This document shows, piece by piece, positions 52,161 to 61,745 of a stretch of DNA of 64,000 bases. Each line of letters begins with the position of its first letter. The stretch's first letter is position 1. The DNA lies in contig JAWODC010000092.1 of the NCBI GenBank assembly GCA_046483495.1, forward strand, positions 64,001 through 128,000. The letters run 5' to 3'. The stretch is from Desulfobacterales bacterium (lineage in GTDB: Bacteria > Desulfobacterota > Desulfobacteria > Desulfobacterales > UBA5616). The position numbers were made by a program, and so were the translations under genes. The notes below the pieces were generated by a model. The model was not told the DNA's origin, ran no database searches, and saw only the letters and a list, made by a program, of their open reading frames with translations.

Positions 52161-53159
52161 ATGTGGATAGTCGTGTTTTTCGGTTTGCTGATCGCCGTTT
52201 TTTCTGCGCTTGAGCGGCACGTTCAATGGATTGCCGCCTTTTGTGCGTTTTTTGGTGAAGGTTGTCTCAGAACCGAGAAATTCACCTTATTTAAAATCCC
52301 CATTTCGTGGTGGGGAATCGGGTATTATTGTGCGCTCGGTGTTTTATTGTACTTTTACCAGCCGCTGGTATTCTGGTTTGTCATGATAGGAGCCGGTTTC
52401 GAATTGAGTTTCTTGTGGATTATGGTGGCTATTCGTGCATTCTGTATATTTTGCCTGTTTAATGCGCTTGCTGTTTTCGTGTTGGTGTGGATGGTCTACA
52501 CCCCGGATAAAATCCTGACGGGCGCCGTTGTGGCGCTGCTCTTTTTCATTGTCTCCAAGTTTCTCATTTCATCGGAAAACAAGCCGGAAGCACCCGGAAG
52601 TTCAGGTGACGTCACGAAGGCGAATGCCGGTGACGAACCCACGTTGGGTTCACCTGCCGCCGGTGTAACGGTCGTTGAATTTTCCGATCCCTTTTGCCCG
52701 GCGTGCCGCAAAATGCATCAGGTCGCCAAAAAAATCAGGGCATACTACGGTAATAAAATCCATTGGATTTTTCGGGATTTTCCACTTGAGATACATGAGG
52801 GAGCCCACCTGGCTTCTCAGGCCTCTCACTGCGCCGGAGAGCAGGATGATGCTAAATTTTGGCAATACCAGGACTTCTTGTATGAAACCGACATTGTCTC
52901 CGGTCTTCCCGATTTGTACCGAGGTGCTGAAAGACTCGGTTTGAAGCCGTCACGATTTAAAAAATGCCTGAAAAGCGGGCGATATCGTCATCACGTGGAC
53001 AGAAACATCGAGTCTGGAAAAAAAACGGGAATTTCTGCAGTTCCCGCCTATGTCATCAATGGAGAAATATTTCAAGGCTTTTTCTCATTCGAGGAATTCA
53101 GAAAAAAAGTTGATGACGCATTGAATGCTTCCAACCCAAACCCCGGCACACCGGGGTGA
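52161..53159 (+). CDS. VKOR-like membrane domain fused to DsbA-type thioredoxin
   Basis: C-x6-C loop, FCIFC CxxC in membrane part; EFSDPFCPAC, RDFPL, SAVP cis-Pro. Confidence 0.87.
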   Translation: MWIVVFFGLLIAVFSALERHVQWIAAFCAFFGEGCLRTEKFTLFKIPISWWGIGYYCALGVLLYFYQPLVFWFVMIGAGFELSFLWIMVAIRAFCIFCLFNALAVFVLVWMVYTPDKILTGAVVALLFFIVSKFLISSENKPEAPGSSGDVTKANAGDEPTLGSPAAGVTVVEFSDPFCPACRKMHQVAKKIRAYYGNKIHWIFRDFPLEIHEGAHLASQASHCAGEQDDAKFWQYQDFLYETDIVSGLPDLYRGAERLGLKPSRFKKCLKSGRYRHHVDRNIESGKKTGISAVPAYVINGEIFQGFFSFEEFRKKVDDALNASNPNPGTPG

Positions 53160-53167
53160 TAAAGCGG

Positions 53168-53623
53168 TCATATATTCCGCCGTCTCATTCGTTTGCGGAG
53201 GTCCTCCATGTCCCTTTCGAATCTTTGGTTTGCGTTTGGAAAGCGCATGGCCGCTGCGGGATGATAGGTCTGAATATATTCAATTGATTCGAATCGAGGG
53301 GTTTCCCAGGCCACCCGGCCCATCAGAACAATGATCTCCGGCTTTATTTCCCGTATTTCGTCGATTAGACAGGGCATCCACTGCGCAATTTCTTTCGGTG
53401 TGGGTTTTCGGTTGCCGGGGGTGGGGGCTTTGACGACGCTGGTAATGTAAAGCTTATTCCGATCGATTCCCTTTTTGTGAAGGATTTTGTCAAGATATGC
53501 ACCGGCTCGTCCAACGAACGGTCGATTTTGACGGATCTCCTCTTTTCCGGGATTCTGGCCTATCATCATAACCCTGGCCTTATTCGGCCCTTCTGAAAAT
53601 GGTCTCTTTTTTGGAGTCATCAT
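53168..53623 (-). CDS. Uracil-DNA glycosylase, family-4-like, minimal form
   Basis: GQNPG.EE, RPFVGRAG, NRKP, TYHPAA; start overlaps the upstream stop (ATGA). Confidence 0.87.
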   Translation of the reverse strand: MMTPKKRPFSEGPNKARVMMIGQNPGKEEIRQNRPFVGRAGAYLDKILHKKGIDRNKLYITSVVKAPTPGNRKPTPKEIAQWMPCLIDEIREIKPEIIVLMGRVAWETPRFESIEYIQTYHPAAAMRFPNANQRFERDMEDLRKRMRRRNI

Positions 53624-54363
53624 GAAGGCAGGCCGAAGGGGAGGGCTATAATACCCAAAAAATTCTGAATAAAATGCATCACGATCGGTGCTGTCAGACT
53701 TCTTCTCCATAGATACACCACGCCGAAAATGAGGCCCAGAACGCCGACCCCCAGCATTCCTCCGGTTCTTTGATACCCGTGTCCGACTGCAAAAATCGCA
53801 GATGAGATGAAAAGGGCGATGATCGGGCTGTTTGAAAACGAAGCGAACCGTTTGATGAGATATCCGCGAAAAATAACTTCCTCTGAAACGGCGACGACGA
53901 TCAGAAACACGACGGCAAGGCCGATTTGGAAGGTCCCCGACGGAACCAGGAAAGTCGGGGCGGTTTGTGGAACCGAAAGTCCTCCAGCACGAAGAGCCGC
54001 TTCGACAGCAGCCATGATCAACATGATCGGAATAAAAAGTACGACTCCAAGAGCAGCTTCACGCCAAATGTTTTTAAAGGTGAAGCCGATGGACAAGAAA
54101 GGCTCGCCGTTGCGCCATATAAAGAAGAGGACAAGGCTCAACAGCGGAAGATCACTTAGTATCACAGACCCCGCAACCACCGGAAAAGTAAGGTTTTCCG
54201 GATCGAAAATCAAACCCGAAAAGATCATCGATGGCAAGATAAGGGAAAGAAAAACGGCTGTTTCTACGGCCCCTATTTTTTTTGGAACGGGGTGTCCGCT
54301 GTTCAGGAAACGTTCCGCGTTATGCATTAAAGGAAAAGCATTTCGGTCCATGATTCGATTCAC
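53620..54363 (-). CDS. CPBP/Abi-family intramembrane metalloprotease
   Basis: EEVIFRGY, FAVGH, HFIQN. Confidence 0.92.
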   Translation of the reverse strand: MNRIMDRNAFPLMHNAERFLNSGHPVPKKIGAVETAVFLSLILPSMIFSGLIFDPENLTFPVVAGSVILSDLPLLSLVLFFIWRNGEPFLSIGFTFKNIWREAALGVVLFIPIMLIMAAVEAALRAGGLSVPQTAPTFLVPSGTFQIGLAVVFLIVVAVSEEVIFRGYLIKRFASFSNSPIIALFISSAIFAVGHGYQRTGGMLGVGVLGLIFGVVYLWRRSLTAPIVMHFIQNFLGIIALPFGLPS

Positions 54364-54777
54364 GCTCCACTTCTTTTCACATCTCGTTCATCCCTCAAAA
54401 TCGGCTGATTCGGGAAGTTGTACAATTGCTGGTTCGCTGAAACCGACGCTAAAAACGTCTGACATGCAAGGACCGGGATTCTGATTTTTGTAATGCAGGC
54501 TGCCGCGCCGGTAAATGAGGTCAATCACTTATATGCATCTCGATCGGCCCGTATCCGGCGACGGCTAAGCTTTCAGATATCGTTTGCGAAGCGTGTGGTG
54601 TTACGATGCCGATCTGAAAGTACAAGGGCTGGTTACAAGCGATACGTGCTTTCCCCCATTGCCTCGAAAAGAAACGGTTTGTAGAGTTTGTGCCGGCACT
54701 ATTTAGAAATATCCGGATGGATAGCGGCCGAAAATCAGCTGCTCGACCGGCCTACCCGTTTACATGGAATTGCGAAC

Positions 54778-55137
54778 ATGAGACGAACCTTATTATGTGC
54801 GGCGGCATTCATGAGCTTTTGTATTTTGTCCGAGCCGAACGCCGATTATAAAAAGCTGCGCAGACTCGATCACTATTTCGAGGTCGAGAATTATGAGCGG
54901 CAAGGAAACGGCTTTATCATCGAGGTTTCGAATAAGAGCAAACAGGGCTTTGCCGATTTCACCGTAATTTTCAATGGCTACAATGTCAACCGCGTCCATA
55001 TTTACCGACGCGAAACCATTGTCGACTTCATGGAGGGAAAAAGCGAACGAACCTTCTTCCTGCCGGGATATGATAAGCGGGTGTTCAGGATAGAAATCGA
55101 AGTCTATGATAAAAGTCCGGTACCGAAAGGCTATTGA
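54778..55137 (+). CDS. Hypothetical secreted protein
   Basis: Signal-peptide-like start MRRTLLCAAAF; fills the intergenic gap. Confidence 0.55.
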   Translation: MRRTLLCAAAFMSFCILSEPNADYKKLRRLDHYFEVENYERQGNGFIIEVSNKSKQGFADFTVIFNGYNVNRVHIYRRETIVDFMEGKSERTFFLPGYDKRVFRIEIEVYDKSPVPKGY

Positions 55138-55180
55138 AAACGGATTGATGCGATCAAAAACGGATAATCATTTCATTAAA

Positions 55181-55198
55181 GTACAGGGAAACCCCCAT
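55181..55198. promoter_or_regulatory. 18-bp box (reverse orientation) upstream of dodecin
   Basis: GTACAGGGAAACCCCCAT (reverse complement ATGGGGGTTTCCCTGTAC). Confidence 0.55.
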
Positions 55199-55255
55199 TT
55201 TTAATGAGTTCGAACCATTTATGGTGGAATAAACACACAACAAGGAGGTGCGGCT

Positions 55256-55468
55256 ATGAGTGACAGCGTATACAAGGTGATAACGCTGGTAGGGTCCAGC
55301 TCGGAAAGCTGGGAAAAGGCGGCGGCAAAAGCGGTTGAGGTTGCCGCCGGTTCCCTGCGCGATTTGAGAATCGCGGAAGTCGAAGAATTCGATTTGCAGA
55401 TCGAAAACGGCAAAATTCTCAGTTACCGCGTAAAAGTAAGGGTCTCCTTCAAATATCAGAAAGAGTAA
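55256..55468 (+). CDS. Dodecin-family flavin-binding protein
   Basis: VYKVITLVGSSSESWEKAA...YRVKVRVSFKY; RBS AAGGAGGT. Confidence 0.93.
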   Translation: MSDSVYKVITLVGSSSESWEKAAAKAVEVAAGSLRDLRIAEVEEFDLQIENGKILSYRVKVRVSFKYQKE

Positions 55469-55482
55469 ACTTTCCAAGCCGA

Positions 55483-55511
55483 GGGGTAGCATCTCGGTCG
55501 AATGCTACCCC
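55483..55511. terminator. Hairpin between convergent dodecin and YbhB genes
   Basis: GGGGTAGCAT-9nt-ATGCTACCCC. Confidence 0.65.
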
Positions 55512-55957
55512 CTTTCATAGCGGCCCATCAATTCTGTTTTTTCGATGATGTGGCCGGACATGGCATTTTCCAGTTGCGCTTTGGTCGATTTTTCGGGCAG
55601 GTCCAAATCATCATCGAGGGCGAACAGTTTAAAAAAATACCGGTGCTCCCGGTCAGGCGGACAGGGGCCGAAATAACCCGGTTGCCCGTTTGTCCCGAGC
55701 CCTGCGGCTCCTTTGGGTTCTTCTCCTTCTGGGATGGCGCGTGTAGCCGCCGGTATATTGAAAACAACCCAGTGGTCCCACATTCCATCCTCTTTTAAAT
55801 TCTTTGGGACATCGGGATCTTCCATGATCAGAGCGAGACTTTTCGCCGCTGCCGGAACATCTTCCACGCTTAAAGGCGGACTGATATTTTCACCGTCACA
55901 GGTGTATTTGGATGGAATTTTCCCGTCATGTTCAAACGCCGAACTGGTGAGTTTCAT
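55505..55957 (-). CDS. YbhB/YbcL (PEBP/Raf-kinase-inhibitor-like) protein
   Basis: YTCDGENISP, EDPD, WDHWVVFNIP, YFGPCPP, HRYFF. Confidence 0.94.
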   Translation of the reverse strand: MKLTSSAFEHDGKIPSKYTCDGENISPPLSVEDVPAAAKSLALIMEDPDVPKNLKEDGMWDHWVVFNIPAATRAIPEGEEPKGAAGLGTNGQPGYFGPCPPDREHRYFFKLFALDDDLDLPEKSTKAQLENAMSGHIIEKTELMGRYERG

Positions 55958-56099
55958 GGCATTCTCCTCTTCCTGGTGTTTGCAGCAAGCCATTCACTAT
56001 ACCGGAGTGTGATTATGGCTTACAGTAATTGAAAATTAAAATCAATGCGGCTGTTTACTTGAACAGGAATTTTCATAACATTGGGTTCGCCCAAAAAAA

Positions 56100-56117
56100 A
56101 TAGGGTTAATCCTGTAT
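56100..56117. promoter_or_regulatory. 18-bp box (strong copy) between divergent ybhB and polX
   Basis: ATAGGGTTAATCCTGTAT. Confidence 0.65.
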
Positions 56118-56246
56118 ATTATCGCAACAAACGTTATGGATAATAGGATAATGAATTATCGTTTTGACCCATTCATTTTTTCAGAAGATAGAAGTAATGT
56201 AACCGTATAAAAATGGGTCGGCGAAGATAGAAAGGACCTGTAACCC

Positions 56247-57968
56247 ATGCCTGTTCAGAACAAAGATGTCGCGGATATGTTAAAAAAGATGGGGGACCTG
56301 CTGGATATCAAAGGGGATAATCCATTTCGGGTGCGTGCATACCGGAACGCCGCCAGGATGATTTCAAGCCTGCCGCAGGATCTATCCGAGATGGTCGAAC
56401 AGGGCGCCGATCTGACCCGTCTCAGCGGCATTGGAAAAGACCTTGCCGTTAAAATCACAGAGATCCTCGCAACGGGAAAACTGCCGCAGCTCGAAAAGCT
56501 GGAAAAATCGATGCGGCCGGAGCTCCTTGAACTGTTAAAGATCAATACCCTGGGACCGAAGCGGATCAAGGCTCTTTACCGCGAACTGGGCATTGCCGAT
56601 TTGGCGGATCTCGAACGCGCGGCACGGGAAGAAAAAATCAGGGAGATTAACGGATTCGGTGAAAAGACGGAGAAAACCATTCTGAAGGTTTTGCAGGCGG
56701 CACCCGGACCGCAGCCGCTCACGAAGTTTATCGACGCAGAACAGCGGGCCCGCCCCCTGTGCAGGCATTTAAGCGCCGCCCGCGGCGTAAAGGACATCGT
56801 GATTGCCGGCAGCTTTCGCCGCCGCAAAGAGACGGTCGGCGATTTGGATATCCTGGTCACCTGCGAGGATGGGACCGAGGTAATGTCCCGGTTCAAGGGC
56901 TATGAAGATGTTCAAACCGTTCTTGCCTGGGGAAAAACAAAATCATCGGTGGTTCTTCGGTGCGGACTCCAGGTGGATTTGCGGGTTGTTCCCGAGGTGG
57001 TTTACGGTGCGGCACTCCATTATTTTACCGGATCGAAAGCCCACAATATCGCCGTACGCACAAAGGCTGTCAAAAAAAGATTGAAGATCAACGAGTACGG
57101 CGTTTTCAGGGGAAACGAACGTGTCGCCGGCCGTACCGAAGAGGAGGTCTACGCCGCCGTAGGCTTGCCATATATCGAACCCGAACTGAGAGAAGATCAG
57201 GGGGAAATTCAAGCTGCTGGAAAAAGCCGATTGCCCCGACTGGTGACATTGGCGGATATGAAAGGCGATTTGCACGCGCATACGAACCGAACGGACGGCC
57301 GTGCAACACTTGAAGAAATGGCATCGGCGGCCGCAGCCCTGGGATACAATTATCTCGCCGTTACAGAGCATTCGAAGCGCGTTTCCGTTGCTGGAGGACT
57401 CGATGAAAAAGAGCTTGCCCGGCAGATGGATGAAATCGACCGACTCAATGAAAAGCTTTCCCGAATCCGCCTGCTCAAAAGCATCGAGGTGGATATTCTG
57501 AAAAACGGAGATCTGGATTTACCTGACGACATTTTAAAGCAACTCGATCTGACGGTTTGCTCGGCCCATTACTACCGGAATCTGTCCCGGGAAAAGCAAA
57601 CCGATCGCATTATACGTGCCATGGATAACCCTTGCTTCAATATTCTGGCCCATCCGACCGGGCGCATTATCAACGAACGCAGTCCATTGGAACTGGACAT
57701 GGAGAAAATCCTGATAGCGGCAAAGCAGAGGAACTGCATCCTTGAAATCAATGCCCATCCGGACCGACTGGATTTGACCGACCGCTATTGCCGTGCGGCC
57801 AAGGAAATGGGCGTCAAAATGGCGATCGCAACGGATGCGCATTGCGAGGAGGATTTGAATCTCATGAGATACGGCGTTTACCAGGCTCGAAGGGGCTGGC
57901 TCGAGGCCGGAGATGTCGTTAATACGCGTAGTCTGGAAGACTTGATGTGCGTGATACGAAGAATTTAG
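56247..57968 (+). CDS. polX: DNA polymerase X with PHP domain
   Basis: NPFRVRAY, AGSFRR, GDLDIL, VDLR, YFTGSKAHN; PHP DLHAHT, TEHS, TDAH. Confidence 0.96.
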   Translation: MPVQNKDVADMLKKMGDLLDIKGDNPFRVRAYRNAARMISSLPQDLSEMVEQGADLTRLSGIGKDLAVKITEILATGKLPQLEKLEKSMRPELLELLKINTLGPKRIKALYRELGIADLADLERAAREEKIREINGFGEKTEKTILKVLQAAPGPQPLTKFIDAEQRARPLCRHLSAARGVKDIVIAGSFRRRKETVGDLDILVTCEDGTEVMSRFKGYEDVQTVLAWGKTKSSVVLRCGLQVDLRVVPEVVYGAALHYFTGSKAHNIAVRTKAVKKRLKINEYGVFRGNERVAGRTEEEVYAAVGLPYIEPELREDQGEIQAAGKSRLPRLVTLADMKGDLHAHTNRTDGRATLEEMASAAAALGYNYLAVTEHSKRVSVAGGLDEKELARQMDEIDRLNEKLSRIRLLKSIEVDILKNGDLDLPDDILKQLDLTVCSAHYYRNLSREKQTDRIIRAMDNPCFNILAHPTGRIINERSPLELDMEKILIAAKQRNCILEINAHPDRLDLTDRYCRAAKEMGVKMAIATDAHCEEDLNLMRYGVYQARRGWLEAGDVVNTRSLEDLMCVIRRI

Positions 57969-58176
57969 AATGTATCTGATCCCCGGCGGATGCGAATCGT
58001 TTTGCAATTCGATCGGATTTTGGTTAAACTGGAATTTCAAATGTCAGGGTTCATGTCTACGCGATTTGGGCCATCCGCCGGCATCGACTGATCCGCCGGA
58101 AAGGCCAGAACCGCAGCGCCGGGCAAGGCCGCGACCAGCTTGGAGAAACGATCTGTCAAGCCAAGGAGACGAAGAA

Positions 58177-59301
58177 ATGGAAGAAAAAAGCAATCCAATG
58201 GAACTGGAAAACATATCCGATATTCAGATAGTCATGGATCTGGTTTCTGACTTGATCTGCATTATCGATAAAGACGGCTGCTTTACTTTTCTCAATATGG
58301 CCTGGGAAGAAACGGTGGGCTATGCAGTACACACCTTAAAAGGTAAACCGTATCTTGATTTCGTCCATCCGGAGGACCGTGAAAAAACGGAGACGGAATT
58401 TAAGAAGCACTTGACGGGGTATCCCACACCGACGTTCGAAAGCCGGTTTAAATGCAGTGACGGCACCTTTACGGTTCTTGAAGTACGAATGTTATCGCCT
58501 GATCAAAACCGCATTTTGGCCGTTGCAAGGGATATGACAAAAGAGAAGAAGAATGAAGAAGCCATCCGATACAACGAAACCCGGTTCAGGACTTTATTTG
58601 AAAATGCCTTGAACCCGATATTCGAGATTGATGGGGATGGGAGGTTTCTCAACGCCAATACGGCCGCCCTCGATTTTTTGGAGTGCAGTCGCGGTGAAAT
58701 CTTTTCTAAACGGTTGTCTGATTTTTCGACGCAAAAAGATTCGGGTCGGGCGCTTAAACCCGGTGCATCTCTGGAGACCGGCATTTTTGAAGAAGATTAT
58801 GTCGTTAACGGGAACCTCAAAACACTGATTCTGCGCATGGCCCCATTGGACGTTGAAGACGTGAAAACGTTTTGCGCCATTGGATATGATGTCACAGCAT
58901 TCAGAAAAGAGGCCGAAGAAATCCGCGAAGAAGCCGCACCCGCCAAGATCCGTGTCCTGTTGGCCGATGATCATCCGGTTATGCGGGATGGGTTGTCCCA
59001 ACTGCTTTCTTTGCAGCCGGATATCGAGGTTGTCGGTGAAGCATCGGATGGGAAAGAAGCGGTGGAGAAAACCCGTGAAATGTCACCGGATGTCGTATTA
59101 ATGGATGTCAACATGCCCAACATGAACGGCGTTGAAGCGACACGATTGATTCATTCGGAATATCCCGATATTCGAATCATCGGGTTGTCCATGTTCGGGG
59201 TTGACTCAAAAGCCTCGGAAATGATTTATGCAGGCGCATCCGCCTATCGGTCTAAAAGCGGCAATACCGATTTGCTCGTCGCATCGATTCGCGGAACCTG
59301 A
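58177..59301 (+). CDS. PAS-PAS-receiver protein (no kinase or output domain)
   Basis: RBS AAGGAG; FVHPED PAS, second PAS, LLADDH...LMDVNMP receiver at the C-terminus. Confidence 0.85.
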   Translation: MEEKSNPMELENISDIQIVMDLVSDLICIIDKDGCFTFLNMAWEETVGYAVHTLKGKPYLDFVHPEDREKTETEFKKHLTGYPTPTFESRFKCSDGTFTVLEVRMLSPDQNRILAVARDMTKEKKNEEAIRYNETRFRTLFENALNPIFEIDGDGRFLNANTAALDFLECSRGEIFSKRLSDFSTQKDSGRALKPGASLETGIFEEDYVVNGNLKTLILRMAPLDVEDVKTFCAIGYDVTAFRKEAEEIREEAAPAKIRVLLADDHPVMRDGLSQLLSLQPDIEVVGEASDGKEAVEKTREMSPDVVLMDVNMPNMNGVEATRLIHSEYPDIRIIGLSMFGVDSKASEMIYAGASAYRSKSGNTDLLVASIRGT

Positions 59302-59372
59302 TGCGGCATGCCGATTTCAGGAGGCGTTAAGAGCGGATCTGCTTGCAGATTACGAGTAGAAAGGATCGAAAA

Positions 59373-60473
59373 ATGGCAAAAGACCCGGTATGCGGCATGG
59401 AAGTCGATGAACGGCGGAGCCATTCGCATAAAGCGGTTTACATGGGAAAAACATACTATTTCTGCTCGAATGACTGCAAGGCGACGTTTCAGCGCAATCC
59501 CGAAAAACACATCAAAGCCTCCCGATCACCCGTTACGGCCAAGCGAAAAGTCGTGGTGGTCGGAACAGGAGAAGTGGGAGCCACCTTATGCTTCGCCCTG
59601 CTGATAAGCGGTCTCGCCTCGGATATCGTTCTCATTGACAAAGACTTCGAGAGAGCCGAAGGCCATGCGATGGATTTGAATCATGGTCTTTCATTCGTGC
59701 AGCCCACCCGTATTTTCGCCGGTAATTATCCGGACTGCAGGGACGCTGATGTCGTCATCGTAACCGCGGGTGCCGCGCAGAAGAAAGGGGAAACACGCCT
59801 GGACCTCGTTCGAAAGAATACGGAAATTTTCAGAGACATCATACCTAAGACAACCGAATACGATCCAGGAATTATTCTGATCGTTTCCAATCCGGTGGAC
59901 ATTCTGACCTATGCAGCCTATAAATTTTCCGGATATCCCATGAACCGTGTCATCGGGTCCGGAACCACCCTGGACACCGCCCGCTTTCGATTTTTACTGA
60001 GCCGTCACTGCCGAGTCGATCCGCGAAACGTCCACGCGTACATCATCGGGGAGCATGGGGACAGCGAAGTCCCGGTGTGGAGCCAGGTGAACATCGCCGG
60101 AGTGCCGTTGAGGGATTACTGCCCTGTGTGCAGCCGTAATTGTGGCCCGGAGGAGCAGAACGAAATCTTTCAACAGGTCAAGCATTCGGCCTATGAAATC
60201 ATCAATCGCAAAGGGTACACCAATTTTGCCATAGCGCTTGCCCTCGTCCGCATTCTGAACAGCATACTTCGCGATGAAAACAGCGTCCTGACCGTCTCAA
60301 GCCTGATTGACAATTACTACGGTGTAAAAGATGTCTGCCTCAGCATTCCATGCATTTTGAATGTCAACGGCGTCTTTCAACACATTTATATCAACCTGAA
60401 TGAGGCGGAGCGCAGCTTGTTTCGGGATTCCGCCGATACGCTGAAATCAATTATCAAAGAACTCCGTTTATAA
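59373..60473 (+). CDS. ldh: L-lactate dehydrogenase with N-terminal YHS/TRASH domain
   Basis: KDPVCGM...YYFCSNDC; GTGEVG, GAAQKKGETRLDL, SNPVD, LDTARFR, GEHGDS. Confidence 0.92.
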   Translation: MAKDPVCGMEVDERRSHSHKAVYMGKTYYFCSNDCKATFQRNPEKHIKASRSPVTAKRKVVVVGTGEVGATLCFALLISGLASDIVLIDKDFERAEGHAMDLNHGLSFVQPTRIFAGNYPDCRDADVVIVTAGAAQKKGETRLDLVRKNTEIFRDIIPKTTEYDPGIILIVSNPVDILTYAAYKFSGYPMNRVIGSGTTLDTARFRFLLSRHCRVDPRNVHAYIIGEHGDSEVPVWSQVNIAGVPLRDYCPVCSRNCGPEEQNEIFQQVKHSAYEIINRKGYTNFAIALALVRILNSILRDENSVLTVSSLIDNYYGVKDVCLSIPCILNVNGVFQHIYINLNEAERSLFRDSADTLKSIIKELRL

Positions 60474-60529
60474 TTTCCGGCTGGTGAGCGGGCTGAAAAG
60501 CATTCATTACCTGCAACAAGGAGAAAAAA

Positions 60530-61576
60530 ATGCTTAACATCATAAAAGAATATTTAGGGGATGAAACGGATTCCCTGTTGACCTATGCGGCAAAATTTCC
60601 AAAAGAGCAGCTGCATCTGCCGGGCCCGGACTTTGTGGATCGCGTTTTTTACCATTCAGACCGTTCGATCAACGTGATGAAAAACCTCCAGCGTATTTTT
60701 CAGACCGGCAGGCTGGGGGGAACGGGATACCTGTCTGTTTTGCCGGTCGATCAGGGCGTTGAACACTCTGCAGGCGCATCTTTCGCTCCGAATGCGATCT
60801 ATTTCGATCCTGAAAACATCGTCAAGCTGGCGGTGGAAGGCGGATGCAATGCCGTTGCGTCAACACTCGGAGTGCTGGGAATGGTTTCCCGCAAGTATGC
60901 CCACAAGATTCCATTTATCATGAAAATAAATCACAACGAATTGTTGACGTATCCCAATACATACGACCAGATATGCTTTGGAAGCGTCGATCAGGCGTTC
61001 GACATGGGGGCGGCCGCCGTCGGCGCCACCATTTATTTTGGATCTGTGGAAAGCGACAGGCAGATCATGGAAGTCAGCGAATCATTTCGGTATGCGCACG
61101 CACGGGGCTTGGCAACCGTTTTATGGTGCTATACAAGAAATGCCGAATTCAACCGGGATAAGGATTACCATGTCTCCGCCGATTTAACCGGCCAGGCCAA
61201 TCATCTCGGCGTTACCCTTCAAGCCGATATCATAAAGCAAAAACTGCCGAAGAATACGGGGGGGTTCAAAGCCCTCGAATTCGGCAAATACGACGAGCGA
61301 ATGTATACGGAATTATCGTCGGACCACCCGATCGACTTGACCCGTTACCAGGTGATCAACAACTATGTGGGGCGGGCCGGGTTGATCAACAGCGGCGGTG
61401 CGTCAGGGAAAGACGATTTCAAAGACGCCGTTAGAACCGCCGTCATCAACAAGCGCGCGGGTGGAATGGGACTGATCACGGGCAGAAAGGCATTTCAGCG
61501 GCCCATGAAAGAGGGCATCGAACTGCTTCACCTGATTCAGGACGTTTATTTGGAAAAGCGTATCGAAGTCGCATAG
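60530..61576 (+). CDS. fbaB: Class I fructose-bisphosphate aldolase (DhnA type)
   Basis: [39 protein letters not shown]. Confidence 0.95.
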   Translation: MLNIIKEYLGDETDSLLTYAAKFPKEQLHLPGPDFVDRVFYHSDRSINVMKNLQRIFQTGRLGGTGYLSVLPVDQGVEHSAGASFAPNAIYFDPENIVKLAVEGGCNAVASTLGVLGMVSRKYAHKIPFIMKINHNELLTYPNTYDQICFGSVDQAFDMGAAAVGATIYFGSVESDRQIMEVSESFRYAHARGLATVLWCYTRNAEFNRDKDYHVSADLTGQANHLGVTLQADIIKQKLPKNTGGFKALEFGKYDERMYTELSSDHPIDLTRYQVINNYVGRAGLINSGGASGKDDFKDAVRTAVINKRAGGMGLITGRKAFQRPMKEGIELLHLIQDVYLEKRIEVA

Positions 61577-61582
61577 CCTCCA

Positions 61583-61728
61583 TACAAGCTATCTCAAAAT
61601 AATCTTTTGCCCCAATATCTTCGTTGGAACCGCATGTTACGTCCTCAACATACATGAGTATGCCTGCGGCTTAACATGCGGTTTTGCCTTGATCTTGAAC
61701 CAAAATATTTATTTTGAGGCAGCTTGTA
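61583..61728 (+). repeat. 146-bp hairpin element, divergent family member
   Basis: Terminal inverted repeat TACAAGCTATCTCAAAATAA/TTATTTTGAGGCAGCTTGTA; core TCCTCAACATACATGAGTATGCCTGCGG. Confidence 0.85.
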
Positions 61729-61745
61729 GGCACTTATCTGCGCAT

